DNA from: Alphaproteobacteria bacterium
Lineage (GTDB): Bacteria > Pseudomonadota > Alphaproteobacteria > MPNO01
NCBI GenBank assembly: GCA_965248835.1
Contig: CBDFLJ010000001.1
Location: 1,376,001-1,440,000, forward strand
DNA: 64,000 nt
Direction: 5' to 3'
Shown here: piece by piece, positions 28,846-38,185 of the stretch
How positions within the stretch are numbered: position 1 is the first letter of the stretch
Layout of the letters: the number at the start of each line of letters is the position of its first letter
The notes under the pieces: generated by a model
Seen by the model: only the letters and a program-made list of their open reading frames with translations
The model's database searches: none
Told to the model about the DNA's origin: nothing
Translations under genes and position numbers: made by a program

Positions 28846-30357
28846 ATGGCCGGAGAAGGCGGCAAACTGCTGGTTCGCGGTGGGATGGTCTATGACCACG
28901 ACGGCGACGTCCACAAGCCTGCGACAGCCGATATCCTGATCGAAGGCGCGGAGATCGTGGCCGTCGGGCCCGACCTCGACGATGACGACACCGAAAGCGC
29001 CGAGATCCTCGATGCCTCCGGCCATCTGGTCATCCCGGGGCTGATCAATGCCCACTACCACTCCCACGACACGTTGTGCCGGGGGATGTTCGAGGAGCTG
29101 CCGCTGGAGATGTGGCTGCTCTACACGCTGCCCATGGGTGCCAACCGCAGCAAGGAGGAGGTGCGCGTGCGCACCCTGGTGGGCGCGTTGGAGTCCATGC
29201 GCTGCGGCATCACGACCGTCCAGGACATGCTGGGGCTGATCCCGCTGAGCGAGGACTATGTCGACATCGTCGTCCAGGCCTATGAGGAGATCGGCCAGCG
29301 GGTGATCTTCTCGCCCATGGTCGCCGACATCCCGGCCGTGGCTATGGCGTGCTTCCGCGAGCTCCTGCCCGCCGAGGTGCAGGAGATGCTTGGCACCAAG
29401 GCACTCGAAGCCGGGCCGCAGCTCGACTTCCTCGACGCCCAGATCGGACGCCATCGGGGCGGCGGCACGCTGCACTGGGCGGTCGGCCCGTTCGCTCCGC
29501 AACGCTGCTCCCCGCATCTGCTCGAAGGCTGCGCGGGTCTTGCCGAGCGCCACGACCTCGGGCTCTACATCCATGTTTACGAGACCCGCGGCCAAATCGT
29601 CATGGCGCGCGCGTTCTACCGCGATCACGGCGGCTCGTTCATCGCGTATCTTGACAGCGCCGGGGTGCTGAACCGCCGGCTCAACATCGCCCACAGCGTC
29701 TGGCTGAGCCGGGCTGAGATGGACCGGATGGCCGCCGCCGATGCCGGCGCGGTGCTCAACCACATGAGCAACATGAAGCTCAAATCCGGCATGGCCCCGG
29801 TGCTCGACATGCGCGAGGCCGGAATGCGGGTGGCGCTGGGCTGCGACAACTGCTCGGGCAGCGACGTCCAGAACATGTTCCAGGCGATGAAGATGTACTG
29901 CCTGCTGTCGGCGGTCAGCGATCCCGAGCCGGGCCCGCCGCGCGCCCAAGAGGCGCTGCGGCATGCAACGCTCGGCGGGGCGCGGAGCGCGATGCTCGAG
30001 GACCGGCTGGGCGCGATCACGCCGGGCCGCAAGGCCGATCTGGTCCTGCTCGACATGAACGACACCGCCTATCTGCCCTATAACAGCGCCGCCCGCCAGA
30101 TCGTCTACAGCGAGTCCGGCCGCGGGGTTGCCACCGTGATCATCGACGGCCGCATCGTGGTCAGGGACCGGCTCTGCCAGACCATCGACGAAGACGCGCT
30201 GCGCCGCGAGGTACGCGATCTGATGCGCAGCTTCATCGCCGACTACGATGAGATCGTGAAATCGCGCGAAGCCGCCCTGCCCCACATGCGGGCCGTCCAT
30301 CGCAAGGTGTGGGAAACCGACGTCGGTCTGGAGCGGTTCGTCGCACGAACCCGCTAG
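28846..30357 (+). CDS. Metal-dependent amidohydrolase (SsnA/Atz/Trz deaminase family)
   Basis: PGLINAHYH, IHVYET, IAHSVW, SNMKL, LGCD, GRKADLV. Confidence 0.9.
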   Translation: MAGEGGKLLVRGGMVYDHDGDVHKPATADILIEGAEIVAVGPDLDDDDTESAEILDASGHLVIPGLINAHYHSHDTLCRGMFEELPLEMWLLYTLPMGANRSKEEVRVRTLVGALESMRCGITTVQDMLGLIPLSEDYVDIVVQAYEEIGQRVIFSPMVADIPAVAMACFRELLPAEVQEMLGTKALEAGPQLDFLDAQIGRHRGGGTLHWAVGPFAPQRCSPHLLEGCAGLAERHDLGLYIHVYETRGQIVMARAFYRDHGGSFIAYLDSAGVLNRRLNIAHSVWLSRAEMDRMAAADAGAVLNHMSNMKLKSGMAPVLDMREAGMRVALGCDNCSGSDVQNMFQAMKMYCLLSAVSDPEPGPPRAQEALRHATLGGARSAMLEDRLGAITPGRKADLVLLDMNDTAYLPYNSAARQIVYSESGRGVATVIIDGRIVVRDRLCQTIDEDALRREVRDLMRSFIADYDEIVKSREAALPHMRAVHRKVWETDVGLERFVARTR

Positions 30358-31283
30358 GACGAATCGGCCCGGCCCTTCCGCGGATCCGCGGCTTCGCCGG
30401 CGGAACGCTCTTCGCTGCCCAACGCCTCGGCCAGGCGCGCGGCGGCGCTGCCGGGGCGCAGCGGCCGCTGCTGGTCCGGACCGGGCGCCCAGCCGGTCAT
30501 GGTGAGGATCTCGAAAGTCGCCGGGATGCGGCCCTCTGCGTCCGCGAACAGCGCCCGGTAGCGCTCAGCGGCGTCCAGCAGCGTCGCCCGCCGGGTCGGC
30601 CGGCGCAGCCGTTCGGAAAGCGCGTTGGCCTCGCCCATCGCGCGCAGGTCGGCCATCAGGGCAAGCGGGTTGTCCCAGGTCACGGTGATCGTATCGCTGT
30701 CGACCACGGGAAGTGCGAAGCCCGCGCGTTGCAGCAGCCCGCCGGCATCGCGCACGTCGGTGAACGGGGCGACGCGCGGGCTCGCCCCGCCCTCGTGCGC
30801 GGCCTCGGCCTCGATCAGCGCCCGCCGCAGCTCGTGGAGCGTCCGACCGCCGGCCATCGCGGCGAGCAACAGCCCGTCGGGCTTGAGCGCGCGGCGGATC
30901 TGGACCAGCGCGCCCGGCAGGTCGTTGACCGTATGGAGGCTGAACGCGCCCAGGACCAGATCGAAGGCTTCGGCGGCAAAGGGCAGCGCCTCCTCGTCGG
31001 CCACCACCGCGGGCCGTGCCGCGCGCCGGGCCAGCGCCTCGGACAGGTCCATGGTGGTCAACATGCGCACCCCCGGACGCCCGGCGACCAACGCGCCGAG
31101 CCGACCGCCCAGCGCGCCGATGACCAGCACGCTCGCGAAGGCCCGGCGCAGATCGTCCAGCCGGTCGCACAACCGGTCGGCGATCGCCTCGGCCAGGAAC
31201 ACCGCAGGCTCCGCCATCGTGCCCGCGCGCGCGCGGCGGCGCCTGACCGCCAGCCGGTCGAAGACTTCCACGGGCTCGGCCAT
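30354..31283 (-). CDS. SAM-dependent methyltransferase (NDUFAF5/BioC-like)
   Basis: VFDR...RRARA, ADEEALPF, LHTVNDLPG, LKPDG, GFALPVVD, LRAMGE. Confidence 0.9.
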   Translation of the reverse strand: MAEPVEVFDRLAVRRRRARAGTMAEPAVFLAEAIADRLCDRLDDLRRAFASVLVIGALGGRLGALVAGRPGVRMLTTMDLSEALARRAARPAVVADEEALPFAAEAFDLVLGAFSLHTVNDLPGALVQIRRALKPDGLLLAAMAGGRTLHELRRALIEAEAAHEGGASPRVAPFTDVRDAGGLLQRAGFALPVVDSDTITVTWDNPLALMADLRAMGEANALSERLRRPTRRATLLDAAERYRALFADAEGRIPATFEILTMTGWAPGPDQQRPLRPGSAAARLAEALGSEERSAGEAADPRKGRADSS

Positions 31284-31383
31284 GGCGGGTTTATCGCACC
31301 CTCGGCGCCCGGCACAAAGTGCCGTGCGGCTTGTCGGTAGCATGCGGGCTGCCTAGACTCGCGGGTCTTGGGAGGATCACCGC

Positions 31384-32964
31384 ATGGTAAGGACGGTCAC
31401 GGCACAGGCGTTGCGCGCGATGCTGGTCGACGGCGACGAGCTTGCGCTGCTCGATATGCGCGAGGAAGGCCGGTATTCCGAGAGCCATCTGCTGTTCGCC
31501 TGCTCGGTGCCCCTGAGCCGGCTGGAGCTCAGGATCGATGCACTGGTGCCGCGCCGGTCCGCGCGGATCGTGCTGTGCGACGAGGCCGACGGCCTGGCCG
31601 CGCGCGCGGCGCAGAGGCTGGAGAGCCTGGGCTATACCGACGTCGCGGTATTGGATGGCGGGACCGAAGGCTGGCGCCAGGCGGGATACGTGCTGTTCAG
31701 CGGCATCTACGTCCCCAGCAAGGCGTTCGGCGAACATGTCGAAGAGACCTGCCACACGCCCAACATTACCGCCGAGGAGCTCAAGGCCCGGCTCGATGCG
31801 GGCGATGACCTGGTGGTGCTCGACAGCCGGCCGATGGACGAGTTCCGCCGGATGAACATCCCCACCGGGATCGACTGTCCGGGCGCGGAACTGGCCTACC
31901 GGGTCCACGATATCGCGCCTGCGCCCGAGACCACGGTGGTGGTCAACTGCGCCGGGCGCACCCGCAGCATCATCGGCGCCCAATCGCTGATCAACGCCGG
32001 CATCCCCAACAAGGTCATGGCGCTCAGGAACGGCACCATGGGCTGGACTCTGGCCGGCTACGCGCTCGAGCACGGCAACGAGCGCCCACCGCCGCCGATC
32101 AGCCAACGCGGCCTGGCGCGTGCGCAGGCCTGTGCGGAGTCGGTGGCCCGCCGCGCCGGCATCGAGACCATCGACCGGGCGCGGCTGGAGCAATGGCGCG
32201 CCGAGGCCGGTACGCGCTCGCTTTATCTGCTGGATGTGCGCGCGCCGGGCGAATACGAGACCGGACATCTCGCGGGCTCGGTACCGATCCCGGGCGGCCA
32301 ACTCGTTCAGGCGACCGATACCGCGATCGGCACGCTCAATTCTCGCATCGTCCTGATCGACGACACCGGCGTGCGCGCGATGATGACCGCATCCTGGCTG
32401 GTCCAGATGGGCTGGCGGGACGTCGCGGTCTATCGCCTTGATCCGGATGCCGCCGACCTCGAGACCGGACCCCATCGGCCGTGGGTTCTCGGCCTCGACG
32501 GCGCGCGGGCAAGGTCGGTCTCGGTGCGCGATCTGGCCGGCATGCACGCCGAAGACGGCATCGCGGTGATCGATCTCGAAGGCAGCCAGGCCTACCGCCG
32601 GGCGCACATCCCCGGCGCCTGGTTTGCGCTGCGCTCGCGCCTGGAGGAGGCGCGGGCTTGCCTTCCGGCCGACAGCGCGGTGGTGCTGACCTCGGCCGAC
32701 GGCGTCGTCGCGCGCCTGGCTGCCGGCGAAAGCGCCGACGCCGCCTGGCTCGAAGGCGGCACTGCGGCCTGGATCGCCGCCGGGCTGGACACGGCCGACG
32801 GCGAGGAGCGCATGGCGACGGCGAGCGATGACGTCTGGCTCCGACCGTACGACCGGGGCGGTGACGTCACCCAGGCGATGAACGCCTATCTCGAATGGGA
32901 GCTCGCCCTGGTGCGCCAGATCGAGGCCGACGGCACCACCCGGTTCCGCCGCTTCGAGGCCTGA
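31384..32964 (+). CDS. Four-domain rhodanese/sulfurtransferase
   Basis: LDMREEG, LDSRP...VVNCAGRTRS, LDVRAPGEY, HIPGAW, YLEWE. Confidence 0.9.
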   Translation: MVRTVTAQALRAMLVDGDELALLDMREEGRYSESHLLFACSVPLSRLELRIDALVPRRSARIVLCDEADGLAARAAQRLESLGYTDVAVLDGGTEGWRQAGYVLFSGIYVPSKAFGEHVEETCHTPNITAEELKARLDAGDDLVVLDSRPMDEFRRMNIPTGIDCPGAELAYRVHDIAPAPETTVVVNCAGRTRSIIGAQSLINAGIPNKVMALRNGTMGWTLAGYALEHGNERPPPPISQRGLARAQACAESVARRAGIETIDRARLEQWRAEAGTRSLYLLDVRAPGEYETGHLAGSVPIPGGQLVQATDTAIGTLNSRIVLIDDTGVRAMMTASWLVQMGWRDVAVYRLDPDAADLETGPHRPWVLGLDGARARSVSVRDLAGMHAEDGIAVIDLEGSQAYRRAHIPGAWFALRSRLEEARACLPADSAVVLTSADGVVARLAAGESADAAWLEGGTAAWIAAGLDTADGEERMATASDDVWLRPYDRGGDVTQAMNAYLEWELALVRQIEADGTTRFRRFEA

Positions 32965-33743
32965 TGGCGGCCGGGCTTCACAAGCTCGTCCTGGGGCTGG
33001 GCAAGGCCGCGCTCGACGTGGTTCTGCCGCCGCGCTGCCTTTCCTGTGGCATGCCGGTGGCCGAGATCGGCACCCTGTGCGGGCGCTGCTGGACCGGCCT
33101 GACGTTCATCTCCGCGCCGCGCTGCCTGATATGCGGCGTCCCCTTCGCCTACGAGGTCCCCGAGGAGACTCTGTGCGGCCAATGCCGGCGCCGGCCGCCG
33201 CGCTACGACAGAGCGCGTGCGGTGCTGCGCTACGATGCCGCCTCGCGCGGGCTGGTGATCGCCTTCAAGCACGCCGACCGGACGGATGCGGCGCCGACCT
33301 TCGCCGCCTGGCTGCACCACGCGGCGGGCGACATGCTGGACGGCGGTCCGCTGCTGATGCCGGTGCCGCTGCACCCGGCCCGGCTGCGCGCGCGGCGCTA
33401 CAACCAATCGGCGCTGATGGCCGCGCGGTTGGCCCGGATCGCGCGGCTGGACTGGTCGGCCGACGGGTTGGTGCGGACCCGGCCGACGCGCTCGCAGGGA
33501 CGGCTCGGCGCCGATGAGCGCAGGCGCAATGTCGGCGGCGCCTTCGCGCTGAGCGCGGCCGGCAGGGCGGCGGTCGCCGGCCGCCGGGTGGTGCTGATCG
33601 ACGACGTGCTGACCACCGGCGCCACCGTCGAAGCCTGCGCCCGGCCGCTGCGGGCCGGCGGTGCGGAAGCCGTCGACGTCCTGACCCTGACCAGGGTCAG
33701 TTCGCAAGGCGCGATCGATGCAAGGCGTGAAATTCCTGCGTGA
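32964..33743 (+). CDS. comF: ComF family protein (zinc ribbon plus PRTase)
   Basis: Repeated CxxC, PVPLH...RRYNQS, LIDDVLTTGAT. Confidence 0.92.
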   Translation: MAAGLHKLVLGLGKAALDVVLPPRCLSCGMPVAEIGTLCGRCWTGLTFISAPRCLICGVPFAYEVPEETLCGQCRRRPPRYDRARAVLRYDAASRGLVIAFKHADRTDAAPTFAAWLHHAAGDMLDGGPLLMPVPLHPARLRARRYNQSALMAARLARIARLDWSADGLVRTRPTRSQGRLGADERRRNVGGAFALSAAGRAAVAGRRVVLIDDVLTTGATVEACARPLRAGGAEAVDVLTLTRVSSQGAIDARREIPA

Positions 33744-33785
33744 CCGGTCTATAGTGGCCGCATGGGATCAGTCGGGGTTTCAGAG

Positions 33786-34058
33786 GTGAGCAAGGTCGAG
33801 ATCTATTCGAGCCACTGGTGTCCGTTCTGCCATCGGGCGAAGGCGTTGCTGGGCGCCAGGGGCGTCTCGTTCGAAGAGATCGACGTCGATGCCGATCCCA
33901 ACCGGCGCCAGGAGATGATGCATCGTGCCGGCGGCCGGCGCACCGTGCCGCAGATCTTCATCGACGGCGCCCATGTCGGCGGCTCCGACGATCTGGCCGC
34001 CTTGGAGCGCGCGGGCAAGCTCGACGACATCCTCGATGCGGGGCGCGGGACGGCGTAG
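33786..34058 (+). CDS. grxC: Glutaredoxin 3
   Basis: CPFC, TVPQIFI, GGSDDL. Confidence 0.95.
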   Translation: MSKVEIYSSHWCPFCHRAKALLGARGVSFEEIDVDADPNRRQEMMHRAGGRRTVPQIFIDGAHVGGSDDLAALERAGKLDDILDAGRGTA

Positions 34059-34903
34059 TGCCCGGGCGGTTCACGCTCGCCTGCGTCCAGACCAATAGCG
34101 GCGCCGACATGGCTGCGAACATCGCCGCCGCCGCCGCGCTGGTGCGCCAGGCCGATGCGGCCGGCGCGGATTTGATCGCGCTGCCCGAGGTGGTCGGTCT
34201 GATCGAGCCCGATCCTGCGGTGCTGCTCGCGCGCTCGCCGGGCGAGGCGGAACATCCGGTGCGCGCGGCATTCTCGGATCTCGCGCGTACGCTGGGGAAA
34301 TGGATCCTCATCGGCTCGATCACCGTCGGGCTGGGCGGCGGCAAGCTCGCCAACCGTTCGTTGCTGCTCGATCGGGCCGGCCGCACCGTCGCCCGCTACG
34401 ATAAGATCCACCTGTTCGATGTCGATCTGCCCAACGGCGAGCGTTTCCGCGAGTCCGAGCGCTACCGGGCGGGGGCCGAGGCCTGCCTTGCCGCGACCCC
34501 CTGGGGCGCGCTCGGCATGACGGTCTGCTACGACCTGCGCTTCCCCGCGCTCTACTGGGATCTCGCGCTCGCCGGGGCGGATTTTCTGAGCGTGCCGTCG
34601 GCATTCACCGCCCGGACCGGCCGGGACCACTGGCACGTGCTGCTGCGCGCGCGCGCGGTCGAAACCGGCTGCTACGTCATCGCCCCGGCCCAGTGCGGCG
34701 ACCACGGAAACGGCCGGCGGAGCTATGGCCACTCGCTGGTGGTCGATCCCTGGGGCACGGTGGTGGCCGACGGCGGCGAGGCGCCGGGTATCGTCCTGGC
34801 CGAGATCGAGCCGGCGCGCGTCGCCGAGGCCCGCGCTGCCCTGCCGACGCTCGCCAACCGCCGCCTCTATGCCGGGCCGTCCAGCCTGCGGGCGGCCGAA
34901 TAG
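34058..34903 (+). CDS. Carbon-nitrogen hydrolase (Nit1-like deaminated glutathione amidase)
   Basis: ALPE, YDKIHLFD, VCYDLRFP (E-K-C triad), YGHSLVVDPWG. Confidence 0.92.
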   Translation: MPGRFTLACVQTNSGADMAANIAAAAALVRQADAAGADLIALPEVVGLIEPDPAVLLARSPGEAEHPVRAAFSDLARTLGKWILIGSITVGLGGGKLANRSLLLDRAGRTVARYDKIHLFDVDLPNGERFRESERYRAGAEACLAATPWGALGMTVCYDLRFPALYWDLALAGADFLSVPSAFTARTGRDHWHVLLRARAVETGCYVIAPAQCGDHGNGRRSYGHSLVVDPWGTVVADGGEAPGIVLAEIEPARVAEARAALPTLANRRLYAGPSSLRAAE

Positions 34904-35430
34904 GCAGCACCCACGGCACAGATCCGCTGCACCGCGGCCGCGCGCGGCCGCGAAACCTCGCCCTGCTCGAAGGCAACGACCGCGAGCCTGCCCGCGGCCG
35001 CGGACAAAAGCTCGCCCGGCGTGAGCAGGAAATCCGGATTGCTCGGCCGGCCGAAACGCGCGTTGCCCGAAGCGAAGGCCTCGTAGATCAGGACGCCGTC
35101 GTTTGCGACCGCGCCCACGATCGCCGGCAGGATCGGCCGATGGAGGTAGTTGGTCACCACGACGGCCGCAAAGCGGTCGGCCCCCGGCGGCCATGGCCCG
35201 CCCGATTCCAGATCGGCTTCGATCAGCGTGAAATCGTCCCTTCCCAGAAGGTCGACCACGCCGGCGTTGTAGCGGTCAAGCCCGGTGACGGGATGGCCCC
35301 GGTCGAGAAAATAGCGGGCATGGCGGCCGGTGCCGCAGGCGACATCGAGCACCGGCCCGCCGGCCCGGACAAGACCCGCAAACCGGCGCACCCAGGTCGA
35401 AGGCGGGGCGGGGCCGCTATGGCCGCTCAT
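34867..35430 (-). CDS. Class I SAM-dependent methyltransferase
   Basis: LDVACGTGRH, VVTNYLHR, GRPSNPDFLL. Confidence 0.88.
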   Translation of the reverse strand: MSGHSGPAPPSTWVRRFAGLVRAGGPVLDVACGTGRHARYFLDRGHPVTGLDRYNAGVVDLLGRDDFTLIEADLESGGPWPPGADRFAAVVVTNYLHRPILPAIVGAVANDGVLIYEAFASGNARFGRPSNPDFLLTPGELLSAAAGRLAVVAFEQGEVSRPRAAAVQRICAVGAAYSAARRLDGPA

Positions 35431-35534
35431 GTGCAACGCCGCCACTCTCGGCAAGTTCGAGTCTTGCCCGAGGGCGCCCAATTGCCCACATTAACGGGAT
35501 TGCAATGATCGTCGGAACGTTGTGTGGGTCTTCG

Positions 35535-35963
35535 ATGATTCTGTTCAACCTGCGGTGCGCTGCCGATCACGAGTTCGAGGCGTGGTTCAGGGACGGCGCC
35601 ACCTATGAAGACCAGTCCGCGTCCGGGGAGATCGCCTGCCCGGTCTGCGGCGCCACCGATGTCGGCAAGGCCATCATGGCGCCCCGGGTGTCCAGCAGGG
35701 CGAAGAAGCGCAGCGGCCCGCCGGTCAGCCCGGCGGAGTTCCAGCGTCAATATGTGTCGGCCATGCGCGAGGTCCGCAAGCATGTCGAGGAGAATTGCGA
35801 CTATGTCGGGCCTGGCTTCGCCGAGGAGGCGCGCAAGATCCATAGTGGGGATTCCGAGGAGCGCGGCATCTACGGCGAGGCGACGGAGGACGAGGCCAAG
35901 ACGCTGAGCGAGGAGGGCGTCCCGTTCAACCGCATTCCCTGGGTCCCGCGCGAGGACGCTTAG
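35535..35963 (+). CDS. DUF1178 family protein
   Basis: LRCAADHEFEAWF, CPVCG, KAIMAP, FAEEARKIH, IYGEA. Confidence 0.92.
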   Translation: MILFNLRCAADHEFEAWFRDGATYEDQSASGEIACPVCGATDVGKAIMAPRVSSRAKKRSGPPVSPAEFQRQYVSAMREVRKHVEENCDYVGPGFAEEARKIHSGDSEERGIYGEATEDEAKTLSEEGVPFNRIPWVPREDA

Positions 35964-36735
35964 CGCGCGTTCCAACCCGGTCAGCTCGGGCCGGCCGGCC
36001 CGCCATCTCGGCCGTCGCCAGGTAATTGACCGAAAGATCGCGGCTCAGCCGCCACTCCGCGGTGAGCAGGTCATAGCTCATTCCGTCGAGCGCGCTCAGC
36101 CGTGCGCCGGACTGCTCGAGCGCGCGCGACAACTCCGAGGGTCGGACGAAGCGGCCCCACCGGTGGGTGCCGCGCGGCAGCCAGCCGAGCACGTATTCGG
36201 CACCGACGATCGCCAGCGCGAACGCCTTTGCGGTGCGGTTGAGCGTGGCAAGGACCAGGACGGCGTCGGGTCTCGCCACCGCCGTCAAGGCGGCCATGAA
36301 CGCTGCCATGTCGGGGACGTGCTCGACCACCTCCAGCGCCACGACCGCATCGAAGCGCCGGTCCCCGGCAGCCAGGTCCTCCACGCTCGCGCAGCGATAG
36401 TCGATCCGCAGCCCCATCGCGCGTGCGTGATCGGCGGCGACCGCGATATTCCGCGCGCTCGGGTCGATGCCGGTCACCGAGGCGCCCAGCCGGGTGAGCG
36501 GCTCGGCCAGGAGCCCGCCGCCGCACCCGACATCGAGGATCGCGAGCCCGGCGAGCGGGCTGTCATCGGCGCCGTTGCGGCCGATGCGTTCGGCCAGCGC
36601 GTCGCGGACATAGCGCACCCTGACCGGGTTGATCTTGTGCAGCGGGCGAAAGCTGCCGTCGGGGTCCCACCACTGCTCGGCGAGAGCGGAGAAACGCGCA
36701 ACCTCGCCCTCGTCGACCGCCGCTGCTCCGGACAT
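35926..36735 (-). CDS. ubiG: Ubiquinone O-methyltransferase
   Basis: WWDPDG, LHKINP, LDVGCGGG, LEVVEH, LPRGTH. Confidence 0.95.
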   Translation of the reverse strand: MSGAAAVDEGEVARFSALAEQWWDPDGSFRPLHKINPVRVRYVRDALAERIGRNGADDSPLAGLAILDVGCGGGLLAEPLTRLGASVTGIDPSARNIAVAADHARAMGLRIDYRCASVEDLAAGDRRFDAVVALEVVEHVPDMAAFMAALTAVARPDAVLVLATLNRTAKAFALAIVGAEYVLGWLPRGTHRWGRFVRPSELSRALEQSGARLSALDGMSYDLLTAEWRLSRDLSVNYLATAEMAGRPARADRVGTRAKRPRAGPRECG

Positions 36736-36914
36736 CCTCCACCGCGCCTTTGCTTGCTATAACCCGATGTTGGGTATATGTATGCGCGCCCTTTCAGGAC
36801 AACCAACCAGGCGCGGATTTCGATCTGCCAGCGGCAACTTGCCGCCGCGGTTTTCTTTGATGCCCGATGCGGTGCATCGGGGCGGGCGCTTTCCGGGCGA
36901 AGGAGCGCTGATCT

Positions 36915-38168
36915 GTGCGTCTCGTGCAGAAATTCGGCGGGACATCGATGGCCGATATCGAGCGCATCCGCGCCTCGGCCCGGCTGGTGAAAGAGGAGGT
37001 CGATGCCGGCAATGAAGTTGCCGTGGTGGTCTCGGCGATGGCCGGATCGACCGATCAGCTCGTCGACTGGACGCGGCAGATGGACCGGGACCTTGACGGC
37101 CGTGAATACGACGTCGTGGTCTCGGCCGGCGAGCAGATCACCATCGGGCTGATGGCCCTTGCCCTCCAATCGCTGGGGATCCAGGCCCGGTCCTGGCTCG
37201 GATGGCAGGTGCCCATCCGCACCGACGCCGTGCACGGGCGGGCGCGCATCAGCGCGATCGAAGCCAAGGCGATCGAGGACACCCTGGCCGATGGACAGGT
37301 CGCGGTTATCGCCGGTTTCCAGGGGCTGGGTCCGGACGGCCGCATCACCACGCTCGGCCGCGGCGGCTCGGATACTTCTGCGGTCGCCGTCGCGGCTGCG
37401 CTGAACGCCGAGCGCTGCGACATCTTCACCGATGTCGAGGGCATCTACACCACCGACCCGCGGATCGTCGCCAAGGCGCGCAAGCTCGATCGGGTGACGT
37501 ACGAGGAAATGCTCGAGATGGCGTCCCAGGGAGCCAGGGTGCTGGAGACGCGCTCGGTCGAGATGGCGATGAACCACGGCGTCAAGCTGCAGGTCCGCTC
37601 GAGCTTCAACGACCGGCCCGGAACCCTGGTCGTCAAAGAGGACGGGGAATTGGAACACGAAGTCGTCAGAGGCATCGCCTACACGCGCGATGAGGCCAAG
37701 GTGACCATGGTCGGCGTGCCGGACCGGCCCGGGGTCGCGGCCGGCATTTTCGGCCCGCTCGCCGAGGCAGACATCAATGTCGACCTGATCGTGCAGAACG
37801 TCTCGGCCGACGGCCGCAAGACCGACCTGACCTTCACCGTCACCAAGGCCGATCTCGATCGGGCGATCGCCACCATCGAAGGGGTGCGCGATCAGATCGG
37901 CTACGACCGGCTGGAGGGTGATCCCGAGGTGGTCAAGATCTCGGTCATCGGCGTCGGCATGCGGTCCCACGCCGGCGTGGCGCAGGCGATGTTCACCGCG
38001 CTGGCCGAGAAGGGAATCAATATCCAGGTCATCTCGACATCGGAAATAAAGGTCAGCGTTCTGCTGGCCGAGGAGTATACCGAATTGGCGCTGCGCTCGC
38101 TTCACACGGTCTACGGGCTGGATGAGGACGAGGCCGGAGCCGTTGGCCGCGCGCCGGCCGGCGGCTGA
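36915..38168 (+). CDS. lysC: Aspartate kinase
   Basis: VQKFGGTS, TLGRGGSDT, TDVEGIYTTDPR, two ACT domains. Confidence 0.96.
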   Translation: MRLVQKFGGTSMADIERIRASARLVKEEVDAGNEVAVVVSAMAGSTDQLVDWTRQMDRDLDGREYDVVVSAGEQITIGLMALALQSLGIQARSWLGWQVPIRTDAVHGRARISAIEAKAIEDTLADGQVAVIAGFQGLGPDGRITTLGRGGSDTSAVAVAAALNAERCDIFTDVEGIYTTDPRIVAKARKLDRVTYEEMLEMASQGARVLETRSVEMAMNHGVKLQVRSSFNDRPGTLVVKEDGELEHEVVRGIAYTRDEAKVTMVGVPDRPGVAAGIFGPLAEADINVDLIVQNVSADGRKTDLTFTVTKADLDRAIATIEGVRDQIGYDRLEGDPEVVKISVIGVGMRSHAGVAQAMFTALAEKGINIQVISTSEIKVSVLLAEEYTELALRSLHTVYGLDEDEAGAVGRAPAGG

Positions 38169-38185
38169 CGGCAAGGAGAGGGGGT

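Noticed and set aside
30354-31283. Calling this methyltransferase bioC of the nearby biotin cluster
   Set aside because: Its motifs and position opposite comF fit the NDUFAF5-like family, which is widespread in alphaproteobacteria regardless of bio genes.
35926-35990. ubiG C-terminal tail overlapping convergent DUF1178 by 38 bp
   Set aside because: Short convergent overlaps are common in this window (also 34867-34903) and most likely reflect stop-codon drift.
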